64,000 bases of DNA from Octopus sinensis (taxonomy: Eukaryota). The notes under the pieces are model-generated. The model saw only the letters and a program-made list of their open reading frames with translations, ran no database searches and had not been told where the DNA came from. Both the position numbers and the translations under genes were made by a program. Positions 35,527-49,318 of the stretch are shown in pieces. The stretch is from contig NC_043003.1 of assembly GCF_006345805.1 (NCBI RefSeq), positions 90,830,001 to 90,894,000 of the forward strand. The letters are read 5' to 3'. Numbering within the stretch: the first letter of the stretch is position 1; every line of letters starts with the position of its first letter.

Positions 35527-36771
35527 TCAGGTCATTAAGAATGAAATGTCCAATTTTGAACTGAAAGTTTATTTTACTTTATCTCAACAAAAAGCAATGC
35601 AGTTAATCAAAGTATTGAACCTAAATTATCAACACAGTTTTGCCATTTTATCAGTAGCTTATTGATGCTGGCAGTGAAGAATTCTGGAGAGCAAGAGGTG
35701 ATGAAATCCCGAAAGGCTGTTTTTGCATCTTCTTCAGATTTGAAGTTTTTTCTTTGCAAAAAGTCGTCTCATGCATGATAGTCAGTTGGTGCAAGGTCTG
35801 GTGAATATGATGGATGACAGAGTACTTCCAAGTTTAGTTCCTGTAACTTAAGTAGCATTCTTTGTGCAAAATGTGGTCAAGCATTGTCTTGCAAGATAAT
35901 TGGCCTGTCTCTATTGACCAATCTTGGTTGTTTAATTGCAAGTTCACTCATCATTTCATCCATTTAGTTGATGTATACATCTGCTGTAATTGACTTACCA
36001 GTCTCATGAAGCTGTAGTGAATGAACACCAGTGCTGGACCACCAAACAGACACCATTAGCTTTTTTTTGGTGATATTATTTTTTAATTGTGTTTTGGCAC
36101 TTCATCTCTACCCAGCCACTGTGCAGAATGCTTGCTGTTGTTGAAATGAATCCATTTTTCATCACACATCACAATACAATGCAAAAATGGTTTGCTTTTA
36201 TGCTGTGACAGCAAAGAACAGCAAGTTCCAAGATGACGTGTCATTTGATGCTCATTCAGTTCGTGTTGTACCCACTTGCCCAGCTTCTTTACCATGCCAA
36301 TTTAATTCAGATAGTTCAATACAGTTGGAATTGGAACATCAAGCCTTGCTGCTAGCTTATGCATAGTTTGAGATGTATCCACTTCCACTACAGTTTCCAG
36401 CTTATCATTATCCACCTTGGTCTCAGGTCTACCATGGTGCTTTCTCAAACCATTGACCTACAGTGTGCTCATTTGCCACATCTTCACTAAACACCTCATT
36501 GATGTTTCAAGCTGTCTGGGATGCATTGGTTCCACAATGAAACTCATATCCATAAAGAACACGAATTTTTTAATTTATCCATGAGTTCACAAAAGTTGAT
36601 TTGCAAGAGAAAATTCACAATATTATCAGACACCATGAACTGCATTTTGAAAAGTGGTGATGTAACTCTTCAATGCTGTAAAACAAAGAATTGTCAGGAT
36701 GAAACACTAGGATAAATGACTGTCAAACTTGGTGCATAAGAAAATCAGACATTTCATTCTTAATGACCTGA
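35527..36771 (-). mobile_element. Full-length (1245 bp) decayed mariner transposon, DD34D
   Basis: Perfect 24-bp TIRs TCAGGTCATTAAGAATGAAATGTC with TA on both sides; WVQHEL, IVMCDEKW, ILQDNA*PH and YSPDLAPTDYH motifs; stops and frameshifts present. Confidence 0.95.
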
Positions 36772-36779
36772 TATGACCT

Positions 36780-37150
36780 TGGAAATGTGAGTATTGGATG
36801 AAGTTGAAACTCTTCTCAATATCATAGATGTCACATCATTTAACCCCATTTTTATATGGTTTACACTTTCCTAGTATTTTCTAGCTTATATTGAAGTCTT
36901 TATCACTATCTTTTAATTCCAAGATGTGATTTGGTAGTTTTGTAGTATTCTTCTTTTCAATATACCTGAACATAGCAGCAATATTGTTTCTTTGAATTTA
37001 CCTTCTGTCATGCCTTTATAACATTTTTGTTCATTATTGTTACTATATTTCTTTTTTAATTTACACTGCTGTATCCATAGAGGGTACTTCTGGCTTTATT
37101 GTGTATGATTTGCAAAGTGGATTTCCCTGATTGTTTTTGTAAAAATAATG
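36780..37150 (-). pseudogene. Second PLE GIY-YIG fragment
   Basis: Minus strand: CYKGMTEGKFK...RYIEKKNTTKLPNHILELKDSDKDFNIS*KILGKCKPYKNG..CDIYDIEK. Confidence 0.65.
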
Positions 37151-37792
37151 TATCTTACAGCAAACCTTTTGACAACTAAAAACAGAAGAGTGTGTAGACT
37201 GCTTCATCATGCACAGATTTTGTATTACCTCTTAGGACCACAATGCCAGTTCTCTCCACAGCTCCAAAGTATAATCAATTCTTCTGAAAGTGACATGGAA
37301 ATAGCAAGCACACGTATAGATGCAATTAATCTCAAAATTAGTACTGAGAAAACAAAACTACATAATTGTAGAACCACGATCATTAATTGATTTTTTGTGG
37401 AGGCAGGAAATCGAAAGCAAATCATACTGCAAATTCACTCAGTATGACATTGCAGTCTTTTACCCATCTGTCTCTAAATGCTTTCTCTTGAAATCTCTTT
37501 GTTTAAGGAATTTGCCATGGTTAGCAGGCAAGTCACTGGGATAATAAGGATTTCTGATTTAAGCACAAGACCAGAAATTTTGAGGGAAGTGGGTTGGTTG
37601 ATACCTTTAATTCCATTATTTAACTGATTATGGAAGGATGAATTTGATCTCTGCAATATTTGAACTCAGAATGTAGAGAGCAGGAACAAATACAGCAAGG
37701 CCTTTTTCCTAATGTTCTAACATTTCTGCCAGTCCACATAATGAATGTAAGATAATGAATGTTAGAAAGTCAGTTATATTATGACGTTTCCA

Positions 37793-38154
37793 TATCACCT
37801 CCATCCATTATAAACCCAGAAATTCACACACTTATCTCAACTTCTCCTCTTCCCACCATATCCACACCAAACTCTGTCCCTCTTACTTTCAGTTTCTCTA
37901 TCTCCACTGTCTCTGTAGTGATCACCATGACTTCGAGACTCAATCCCAACTTATGACTTGCCACTTCACTCCATTGGGTGAAATGGCAAGTCATAAGTTG
38001 GGATTGAGTCTCGAAGTCATGGTGATCACTACAGAGACAGTGGAGATAGAGAAACTGAAAGTAAGAGGGACAGAGTTTGGTGTGGATATGGTGGGAAGAG
38101 GAGAAGTTGAGATAAGTGTGTGAATTTCTGGGTTTATAATGGATGGAGGTGATA
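37793..38154. repeat. Perfect 171-bp inverted repeat (37793-37963 / 37984-38154) built from a Penelope-type RT fragment
   Basis: No mismatches seen. The minus arm and flank read NFLDISVTI..LITSIHYKPRNSHTYLNFSSSH..HTK..YFQFL.L..LCSD..DF (PLE RT thumb region). Confidence 0.93.
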
Positions 38155-38660
38155 AGAGAAGAGTGGTGGATGGTAACAGAAATATCAAGAAAGTTGACAG
38201 AACAACATCACCAGCACCTTCATATGGAGATACATCAGCTGTTCTGGTAACATGTCCAGCAGCGCGTCTCTAACCACAGATCCTCTTTCAGGATTCCAGA
38301 AAGGAGGTATGCTACATCCTTAGCCGGCCATATATCGCAGCTGAAAGACAACAGAACTCCACATGTAATATCATGGAAGATCCTAGAAAATCCAGGCCCT
38401 ACATAAACGAGACTGAGTGTTGTAAACTGCATATAGCTGAATTGATAAGGATATTAAAGGACTTTCTCAACCCAGGGAACATCTTTAACTCCAGCGCAAA
38501 AGTCTTCCAACTCTGCTGGCATCCTGGAATCCACTTGCTAACAGAGTCAATTACGAGTAGCAGTCAAAGGGAGACAATCCCTTGTTGTTGGCATAGAGTA
38601 ACGAAGTTTTTTCTTCCTCCATTTTCTGGAGAGGTCAGTTGCTAGAGAGGCCATAGATCT

Positions 38661-38721
38661 AGGGTCTAAAGAAATGCTGTAAAGCTAAGCACTTTATGGA
38701 TGTGAAACCCAGGGCAACCCC
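38661..38721 (+). ncRNA. Decayed hammerhead of the same family as 11149-11222
   Basis: agggt CTAAAGA a atgctgtaaagc-taagc-actttatggatgt GAAA cccagggc a acccc. G5 has become A and U16.1 has become C. Confidence 0.6.
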
Positions 38722-38814
38722 ATAGACCGGCCATATCTATCTTTATTTATATACTCCACTGCTCTATAACTTAGAGTGTGCTTCTTTTTTAGATTTTTGA
38801 TGTACTGATGATAT

Positions 38815-38833
38815 CTTTATCTATCTCTCTCTA

Positions 38834-38876
<43 letters not shown>

Positions 38877-38920
38877 ATCTATCTATCTATCTATCTACTA
38901 TCTATCTATCTATCTATCTA

Positions 38921-38969
<49 letters not shown>

Positions 38970-38970
38970 C

Positions 38971-39050
<80 letters not shown>

Positions 39051-39060
39051 ATATATATCA
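38815..39060. repeat. Compound (TATC)n(TC)n(TA)n microsatellite
   Basis: Direct reading. Confidence 0.95.
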
Positions 39061-39409
39061 GTAATAATAAAGGGTAAAATAATTAATTAATTAATTAATA
39101 ATTAATAATTTTACCAAGTAGGTGGTATGTTAAAAGAACAATTATCGGTAAACTTATACAAAAATACTCAACAACTCACGCAGGTTTGTGCTGTCTATGG
39201 AGATTTTCTTATGGTAGTGAAATAGTTAGTTTTAACTGCTATTTCTAAATTTCGGTATGTGGTAAAGCAAATTTTTGCTGAATCCTAATTTTAATTATAC
39301 TCATAATTATAAAATTATATATATATTTCTTTCATATATATATATATATATATCATCATCATCATTTAAAGAGGACGTTAAACGAAGATGATGATGATAT
39401 ATATATATG

Positions 39410-40488
39410 AAAGCAAGGTTTGAAGAAAATATTGGCTATTTTTCATACTTTGTAGAGGTAAGTAAATAGGAAATAACAGTGGCTACCCAAGGACAAAAAT
39501 TGTATTATACAATGTTATCAACATACTATGCTGGATGTTTTAACAATTTAATTTAATTTAATTAACAATTTAATTGGTAACTGATGGCCAACTCTGCCAT
39601 ATCTTACTTACATACTCATGCATTTTATTTTCTGTCAGATGAAATGCCAAACAGGTTGGCTTCATACTCATCAGGAAATAGGATAGGCAGTCAGTCATGG
39701 ATACCAAGGCTTTTCCTGGTGAGTCACATATATATGACATCCCAAACCTCTTCTCATGATCAGTAATGACAAGTGTGCAATCTATCATCTCATATACACT
39801 TTCTTATAAAAGCATTTTAATTTCTCCTGACACAGCCTTACGATAGAGAACTCCTCCCACCTCTGTTCCTTTCATCACAGAACATTGGCAAACCTCTTAC
39901 TTTTAGCTTATCTCCATGATATGGACACCTAATGTCTAGTATCTCTTTTAGCAACCAAATAGTCTTCCTTGCTTCTAATGCCTCTGGCATCTCTGGTCTA
40001 CATCAGATTGTTTCACAAAACCTCCAAACTGTCCTTCTGTTTGTCATATGCTTCAACTAGTGCTACTGTGAAGCTGTTTGATCACAGGATATTTCAACCT
40101 CCTTAACTTGCTTCTCCAAACTACTTCGTGTTTCTGAGTCTTTTCAGCTCTTACTCTGCTCACCCTCATCCCAAGTCTTTGTTGAGTGACTCACCAGGAA
40201 AAGCCTTCGTATCCATGACTGACTGCCTATCCTATTTCCTGATGAGTATGAAGCCAACCTGTTTGGCATTTCATCTGACAGAAAATAAAAAGCATGTGTA
40301 TGTAAGTAAGATATGGCAGAGCTGGCCATCACTTCCCAATCAAATTGTAAAAAACATCCAGCATAGTATGTTGATGACATTGTATAATATGATTTTTGTC
40401 CTTGGGTAGCCACTGTTATTTCCTATTTACTTACCCCTACAAAGTATAAAAAATGGCTAATATTTTCTTCAAACTTTGTTTTTGTTAC
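39410..40488. mobile_element. Inverted pair of ~310-bp repeats (39410-39727 / 40187-40488), ~460-bp spacer
   Basis: Paired near-identical spurious ORFs on both strands; the arms align by eye. Confidence 0.85.
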
Positions 40489-43189
40489 ATTTATTCAAAA
40501 CTCAAAGAATCCCTCTCAACATATGGTTATATGATCCCCACCTCCATTGCTCCTGCTCATGATGCACATATTGTCATCCACTAAGGGACATGCTCAAGTG
40601 GTTAAGGTCAAGCAACTGACAAGCAAATCTGTGGTACTGAGCAGAACATTTACTATAACAATATTTCTGCTTCAGCTACTCAACACTGAATGTCTGAAAT
40701 ATAGTGGAAAATAAGTCAGTTTCAAAACATTGATGTTCAGGTCACAAAAGTAAAGTTTGAAGGAAATAGTAGTCATTTCCTTTGATTTCTAGATAAAAGC
40801 AAAATAGGAAAAAACACTTAATGACCAAAGACAAAAAAAAAAAAAATTTATTTTGTTACACAGGGCAATAGCACTTTTTCTCCAAACCCTTGGACAATCC
40901 CTCTAAACACATGGCTTATATTTTATATTTTATAATCTTTCTTATATTTGATAATCTTTCCCAAAATACAATTGAAGCATTGCACAACTTGTTATGATTC
41001 ATTGGCATCACCTTGTCTAACTTGTCACTTGCATTGTTAAAAGGATTTTAAAAATATTTATATCATAAAACATCCCTAATCATATTCTAAAATGTGCCAT
41101 ATTGTTAATCTTTGACAATATTTATACACATCTCCTGACCTTTCAAACCACTTCCATTAGTTCACTCCTGAGATTGATAAACTAAAGTTATTTACGGTGA
41201 ATTATGTACCACACCATTTAATTTTGCCATGAAACACATTCTGTTCGTTTTAAGTTAATCACATAAAGCAGATACTCTCTTTTCTGTGAAGTAAATCCTG
41301 AGTTTTCCTCAAAGTGTGTGTATACTTGTATATATACTTATATATGTGTGTGTTTGTGTTTTGTCAGTGTGATTATCTATGTATGAGTGTTGTAGAAATC
41401 TAATCTATTTTGTGTGTATGTGGGTGGGGGGAGAGAGAGATCTGTTGCAGTAAATTAAGTCAAGAATGTTAAGTGTAATAGGAACAGTTACGATAAAATG
41501 ATGCCCTTTGGTGTGGAAGTATTCCTTTCAGTTATTAATAAACAGGGAAATGAAATAAAACAACCAACACAACAAAAACTCTGAGAACAACTTTTAAACT
41601 GATTAAGAGTGTCCAAAACAGAAATTACTTCAGTGAGAAATTATGTTGTTTGTGAGAGTTTTATGGATTAGATTTTAACAGTAAACCAAAAATAGAATTT
41701 AGATAAAGAACCAATGGAGTATTTTATATTCTGAGAAGAAATCCGTGATTACTAAACAAAAAGTTAGAAAATGCTCCCTTTGTCCTTTGTCTATATTTTC
41801 TATCTCTGTCTCCATCTCTTTGTCTCTGAGCTCTCCCAGTTTTCTCAGAATTTCTACTTTATCTTGGAAAATGTAGCTTTCAGGAATTGAAACACAATAC
41901 ATATGTTAACATAGCTGTTATTGTTGTTTAAACTTAAGTGAACTTTGTTTGAATATTTCCTCTAAAGTTTACTGGTGGTGGAGGGGGGGGCATATCAATA
42001 AATTTTACGTGTCACTCATCATCACCTTCATCATTTTAATGTCCACTTTTCTATTCTTACTTGGGTCCGATAGAGTTTACTAAGGGAGATTTTCTACAGC
42101 TAAATGTTGCTAGTCCTTACCTGTTTCTAAGCAGCAAGGTAATATTTCCTCCTGGTCAGACATGTTTTCTGTGAATAGTATTTGTTTGTAACTATGATTC
42201 AATGTGAAGAGGAGACACACACACGCACGCACGCATGCACACACACACACACACACACACACTTATCATCATCAATCATCAATTATCATTCATCATCGAC
42301 ATTTAACATCTGCTTTCCATGCTGGCATGAGTTGGACAGCTTGACAGGGACCGGTAAGGCCAAGGACCACACCAGGTTCTATAGTCTGCTTTGGCTTGGT
42401 TTCTATGGTTGGATGCCCTTCCTAATGCCAAGTACTCCACAAAGTGTATTTGGTGCTTTTTATGTGGCTCCAGCACCCACATCAATGCTTTTTAAACAAC
42501 ACCTTGGTTTTAGGATCTTAATTCTCTTGTGGTGGGCAGGTCTCCTCAAGTACAGCAATGCATCACATATTTCAGTCCTTTGTCATCTCCTTCACAAGGT
42601 TCAGTGTTTTGAGATCAATCTTCAATACTTCATCTCATGTCTTTCTGGGTCTCTCTCTTTCACAAATTCCCTCCACTTACATACATACATACATACATAC
42701 ATATGTACGTACATACATATGTATGTATGGTATGCTATGCTATGCTTCTTTCAGTTTCCATCTACCAAATCTACACCGAGATTTTGGTCGGCATGGGTTA
42801 CAGTTAAATGCATTTGCCCAACATGCCCCACAGTGGGCATGAACCCATATCATATGGTTGGAAAGCAAACTTCTTGACCACAGAGCCATGCCTGCACCTT
42901 GAATTTACTGGATACATAAGACAATTGTAAATGTCTGTCATGTTTACTATAGACAGGAACACTGGGTTTGACTGAATGTTGCCATTCCAAATATTCTTAT
43001 ATTCTCTTCAGTAATTGGTTACCCTACAATAACTGCCACTGTGAAATTATATTTAAAGCTGCTGTTGTTGCATTTATAACTAGCACTGTGGCAATTAAAC
43101 TGGACATATCCAGCCCAAATACTCTATCTGTTTTATGCTGTTTTATGTTCAAACCAGCTTCATCTGTCTTCTCACACCTACTCTACAAT

Positions 43190-43745
43190 GTCATTCTTAA
43201 AATAAACAATCACATCCATCAACTGCCAATGGGGCAAGCTAGAGGTAGTGGATAGTTTCTGTTATCTCGGTGACCAAGTTAGTAGTGGAGGTGGATGCTC
43301 CAAGAGCATAGCTGTGAGAATAAGATTAGGATGGGCAAAGTTCAGGGAGCCCCTACCCCTGTAGGTAACAAAGGGCCTTTCAGAGTGAAAGTCAGATTGT
43401 TTGATGCCTGAGTGCAAACAGCTATGCTGCATGGCAGTGAAACATGGGCTGTGACAGCCAAGGACATGCATTGGCTTGAAAGAAATGAAGCCAGTATGCT
43501 TCGCTGGATGTGCAACATCAGTGTGCGTGTTCAACAGTGTGTAAGCATCTTGAGAGAAAGGTTAGGCACAAGAGACATCAGATGTGGTGTGCAAGAGAGA
43601 TGACTGTGCCAGTATGGTCATGTGATGCATATGGTCGAGGACAGCTGTGTAAAGAAAGGCCAATCTCTAACTGTGGAGGGAACCTGCGTTAGAGGTGATG
43701 AAGCATGATCTTCAAGTGCTGAGCCTCACAGAGGCAATGACTGAG
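43190..43745 (+). pseudogene. RTE LINE post-RT fragment, same family as 7952-8635
   Basis: TAMLHGSETWAVT..LERNEASMLRWMCN..LRERLG.R.IRCGVQER. Confidence 0.9.
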
Positions 43746-45718
43746 CAGCATTTATTTGAAATATTGATGAGAGTATAAAACTACTCAGAGCAGCATTGTC
43801 AAATTGATCCTTCTTTTACTGTCCATAGTAAGATTGTATAAACGTAATAAACGTTTACAATGGTTTTATGTACCTTTTAAATTTGGTCACAAATTTTGGC
43901 ACAAGGTCAGTTAAATTTGGGGGAGAAAAGGAAAGAACAATTATATCATCTCCAGTGCTCAACTGGTACTTGTTTTATCAAACTGAAAGGATGAAAGGTA
44001 AAGTTGATCTCAGTAGAAATATATATCTTGCAAATTTATTTAATTTACAAAGGCAGCAACTGCTAAAATCTATGAGTATATCCACTAAAGTGGTGGGCAG
44101 AAGGTTTATCAATAAATTTTAGCTATCATTCATCGTCATCAGCAGCATCATTATCACCACCATCATTTTACTATCCACTTTTTTATTTTTGCATGGATCA
44201 GATGGAGTTTACTAAGGGAGATTTTCTACAGCTGAATGTTCGTCTTGTTACTAACTTTCACCTGTTTCTAAGCAGCAAGGTAACATTTCACCAAGGCCAG
44301 ATATGTTTTCAGTGAATACTGGAAATGAATGACACTGCTGGAATGACAATACTAGAAATGAATGACTAACATCCGTTTACAATTATGATTCAGAGTGAAG
44401 AGGATACACAAACACACACAAATATATACATACACACACACACATGTGTGTATAAATAGGCAGATAGACAGATACATATATAGATATATATATATATTTA
44501 TACACACACACATATGGCATACTCCTTTCAGTTTTTGTCCACCAAATCCACTGTAAGGCTTTGGTTGGCCTAGGTTATAGTGAATACATTTGTCCAACAT
44601 CTCTCTGAGTGAGGTATGTAAGCTAAGTAGACTTTAGTGTAAAAATTAAATACTATTAGTATTTCAGTAAGATACATAGCCTATACACTCATGGTCAAAG
44701 GTGTTTGGATTACAATATTACAATACTGAACAATATTACAATATCAGATGTAGTTCTTTGAGAATAGACAATCCAAGAGATCCTTCTTCTTATAAGATGG
44801 CAGTGTGTGATATTAAGGAGATTCAGCTGCTGTTTCAAGGAAGTAATGTGACCACATAGTTTACTCTGTTGGCTCAGTTCATATAATTTCAAACACTGTG
44901 TCTTTTAGTGCAATGAAACATGTGGCTTCCTGTAGTTTTGACTGGAAATGTGACACCAAAATAATGTAAAATGAACAAAGGGAAAAAAAAGAAATCCAAA
45001 GAAAAACAACATTATGCAGAATATTTTATTTCACTTTTCAAAACCACATGTGTTCATCTTAAAAAATACAGAATTTCAGAATATCTCTGATGGAAAAAGA
45101 AAATTAAAGAAAAAATACTGATTTCTGAAGCTAAATGCACTGTTCAATAATCATAAATGAGCAGGGTATGTATTTGTGTAGACATGTGTGTGTGTGTGTA
45201 TTTAAGTATGTATGTTTGCATGTATGCGTCCATATGTGTGTTTGAAAGAATTTTGCCACTGGCCTTCGTTGTTTATTTATTTAGAGGATAAGTAAGATCT
45301 TCAATTTCATCCACTGCAAGACTTTATTTGTAGAGAAGTTTACCCCAATATAGATTACAAAAGAAAAAGCAAAGCAAAACGAAAATAAAAAAAACAAAAA
45401 ACATTCTATAATAATTAATGATTGCAAAGAGGGGCAAAATAATTAAATGACTAGGATAAAATAAAAATTTTTAAATATCTGTAAAAATGTGAGAATTAAG
45501 GAAGCTTTTCTGATTTCTGGTAGAAAGAAAAACCTGTCAACTGAAACTGTAATTTGCAGCATATTGGAAACAATTAAAAATAAACTTTAATCTATCCACA
45601 AACAACAATAATCCATAGATCCAGTTTCCAGGCCTTCAATGTGTTCTGTTAAGCAACTGAGAGACAAATAAACCTCTGTTGAGAGGAGAATTCTTGTCTG
45701 TTGTTTTTGTTGTTGTTA

Positions 45719-45749
<31 letters not shown>

Positions 45750-46856
45750 TATTATTATTATTATTATTATTATTATCATTATTATTATCATCATCATCAT
45801 CATTGTCGTCATCATCATCATCTCTGTTCTGATATGTTGTTAAAAAAACAGAAGAGCCCTTTGACTTGCTTCTGCTACATTCTTCACATCAATGTCCATC
45901 ACTCTCCAGACATTCCTTTAACTGCTGTAACCAGCCAGCCAGCAAGTTAAACTTCAGAGAGTTAAAACATGAATTCTTTCAATTTGGAATATGAAGAAGA
46001 TATTTTGAGCAAGAAATATTAGAAGTCTCATTTATGTGCCCAAATAATTTTTTCATTGGCAATCATTTGATGATTTAGTATAATTATTCCATTTATTCTA
46101 TGGAAGTGAATGTCACGTCTTACAAATGTGTATCAAAACCCTTCTTCAGTTTGAACCTGGACTGTTTTCTCTCCAATTATAAGATTTTTACAAACAAAAG
46201 TAGGATCTTTCAAACTGTATGATGACATCATCAAAAAATTAACCAATGAAGCTTAACAGCTACACTTAGTAGCAGACAACAAGCAGAAAGACAGACAGGA
46301 GTGAGTCATATAGTCAAATAAGAGAGGACTGAACAGTCATACATCACATCAGATACTGTTGACTAGTGGATGATATAAATGACTGAAATTGCTACTAATC
46401 TGGTGCAATCACTTGCATTCAGATTTTGAACTTGTATACAGAATGTGAAGCTAGCCATGATAATAGAGCACCAGTCTACCTCTGCTGACTGAAGCCTTGA
46501 TGCGTCCAGTCATTGATATTGATACATCACTGCATTGCAATACATCTAAGGCAAAAGACACTTTACTCGAAACGGCTTAGTTTACTCTGTTTCAAACAGG
46601 TAAATTAAGGAGTTACCTTTTCCAGTTCTACTTAGCAAGAACATCATAATGTTGGCAACTATTTTGTAAAACTTCATGGTAGACTCTCATGGCAAGAAAT
46701 ATAATTTGGAGGTGAAATGTCTCTCACATGCTTACAGCTTTGAAAACTGGGGAAAGATCCAGCACACTGTAACACCTTCAGATAAAGGTGAATTATAAGG
46801 AAAATGAGCAAGAAAAAAAATGTCACTTCACCCATAACAGACACTGTTTATAATAC

Positions 46857-46911
<55 letters not shown>

Positions 46912-47190
46912 CACTGGAAGGTATAACGTTATCAAATATTATGAGGCTGGTAGATATGTTCCACACTCCACTCCTTTCACCAGTATGGTTAGACAATCTT
47001 CCTAATGTATTTCTTTGCTAATAATGCCAGGGAGGAGGGATGGCTACTTTTATCACATAATTGGGCATTTAAGATCACATAGTTTATGTTTTGCTGATCT
47101 CCTGTAACGTCTACATTATACAAAGCATAAATACAGATTGTGTTTTCTGTGTTTTATATATATTACCTTTTAATGACTTATAGCATATAC

Positions 47191-47234
<44 letters not shown>

Positions 47235-47417
47235 TATGTACTCATTAGCCCTAATCCCCACTAAATACATTCCAAATTTGGTCTAGAAAGGCACTACTCA
47301 TAATAAAAAAGATGTCATTTTAGTGCAGATCTTTGTGATTTGTCTTATCCATGCATAATTAATAAATAGTAAAAGCATGTAAATATTTGTATGTATGTGT
47401 GTCCATATACACATACG

Positions 47418-47466
<49 letters not shown>

Positions 47467-48454
47467 TATACACATTGACACATATAAGCAGTTATATATA
47501 TAAATATATATATGCATATAAAATATGCGTATGTATGCATAGATCAAATAACTTTGGAGAAAAAAAAAAGAGCTTTTAATGTTAGAATATGGAGGGGAAT
47601 GTCTGGATAGGGTGTGTGCGTGTATGTATATAACAAAACAGATAAGAAAGGCATGTCCTTAGTTTAATGAACCACACCTTTCCCAGGAAGTTATAAGACA
47701 AAGAATTTATACACACACATATACACACACACATGCACACATACACATTCAGAAACAGACTAACATACATACTTCATTCGCATATGCATATACACAAACA
47801 CACACCAGACATTTAGCTATCTAAAAACATCCCCACCAACCACCCCAACAACAACAACAAAAATAATCCCTAAATAATATAATTTTGATCCAAAAACAGT
47901 CCATAAAAAAAAAAATTATTTCCAGAAATAGTGGAAGGAGTTCAAATGAGAACAAATCTGTAAATTGCAAATCCTTGCTAATTAAAAAGAAAGAAAAAAC
48001 ATGTTATTAAGCAGTTAGAGGAGATATAAGCCAAAGTTTGTGTCAGTTGCTCTGGTGGATACATACACATACAAAGGATGTGTGTATTAACGGAATAGTG
48101 GATCATAACTGGTTTATTTCTTTACAAACATATCAGGGGTAGGCTGAGGTTGAGTATTCTACAAACAGAAGCAATCAACAGGTATTCTTCTTTTCAGAAG
48201 AAAAGAATATAAGACTTTCTTTAGTGTTTACCTGTATAGAAAGAAAAAGTAAAAGAGAGAAAGTGAGTAAAAGGCAAGTTTGATTTCTTGATTAAACAAA
48301 AATATATGCTGTTAATATCTTGAGAATTTAGAAACTTTGAGAGATGGGGAATAAGTTGTTTTTAATGGTGGAATTTGAAGTAAATAAAGATGTCAATAAG
48401 GTATAGAATGCTGGATTAAAAACTTCTTGGATGTAAAAAAAAAAAGAAGTTAAA

Positions 48455-48526
48455 GGCTGCCCATGGGGCTCAAACCCACATCTTCTATAAGCATGACAGT
48501 TGTTCAATCATTATACCAAAGCAACC
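48455..48526 (-). pseudogene. tRNA-like pseudogene or isolated SINE head
   Basis: ~72 nt; acceptor-like ends GTTGCTT/GGGCAGC; T-arm GTGGG-TTTGAGC-CCCAT; anticodon arm does not fold canonically. Confidence 0.35.
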
Positions 48527-49318
48527 CCTTGAATTTTTTCCATCCATTTTTGAGAATAATATGTTGTTTATACTTTAATAATTTAGAAAATTTGAGAGTT
48601 ATAAAATAAATCATTTTTAGTTGTAGAACTAATAGCATGTAGGTAGCCTTCAACTTTTTTCGTCCAAGGGGCTTTTTAACATAACATTCTATACACTATT
48701 ATACAAGGGAAGTTTTTTTTTTATTCTATTTATTTTTAAAAATGCAGAGTTGAAGGATGATTTGTTATCAGGGAATACTGACAAACATCAGCATTTTTAG
48801 CTCAATGTGCGAAAGTGTAGAACGTAAACTTCACACAGACATATGCATTCACACATATGTACAATTGAACACAACTATAATATATTTGTAGGATTAATTA
48901 CCATTTCTCCTGTATTCTCTTTGTATTTTTCCTGATCATGCTACCAGATATCCTTACACATCACTACTCACAAAGCACTTCCATTCTTCCCTTAATTGCA
49001 CCCTTCCCTTCAATTTGGGCCCAAATTCTTTGTCTTTTTCCCATAATCTTCAAGATCTTCCAAGTGGTCTCTTCTGATTACTTGGATAACCACTTAACAA
49101 CTGCCACTGGTCCACCTTTTGTCCATGAAGCTTGCCAGTCATCTAGCTTAGACGAGCGTGTGCTTTGCTACTTCATGATTATATTGTTTGTTCTACTCCA
49201 GACTTGAATTACCTCATTTCACATTGAAATGATGACAAAGAATTATGAATAGCACCCACTGCCACCAAACAAAAACTCCAGAAAACAAAACAAAAAAAAA
49301 AAGATAGAAACATGCTTT

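Noticed and set aside
41699-41902. Charged minus-strand ORF (EILRKLGELRDKEMETEIEN)
   Set aside because: Explained by purine-rich low complexity; no donor site or homology recognised.
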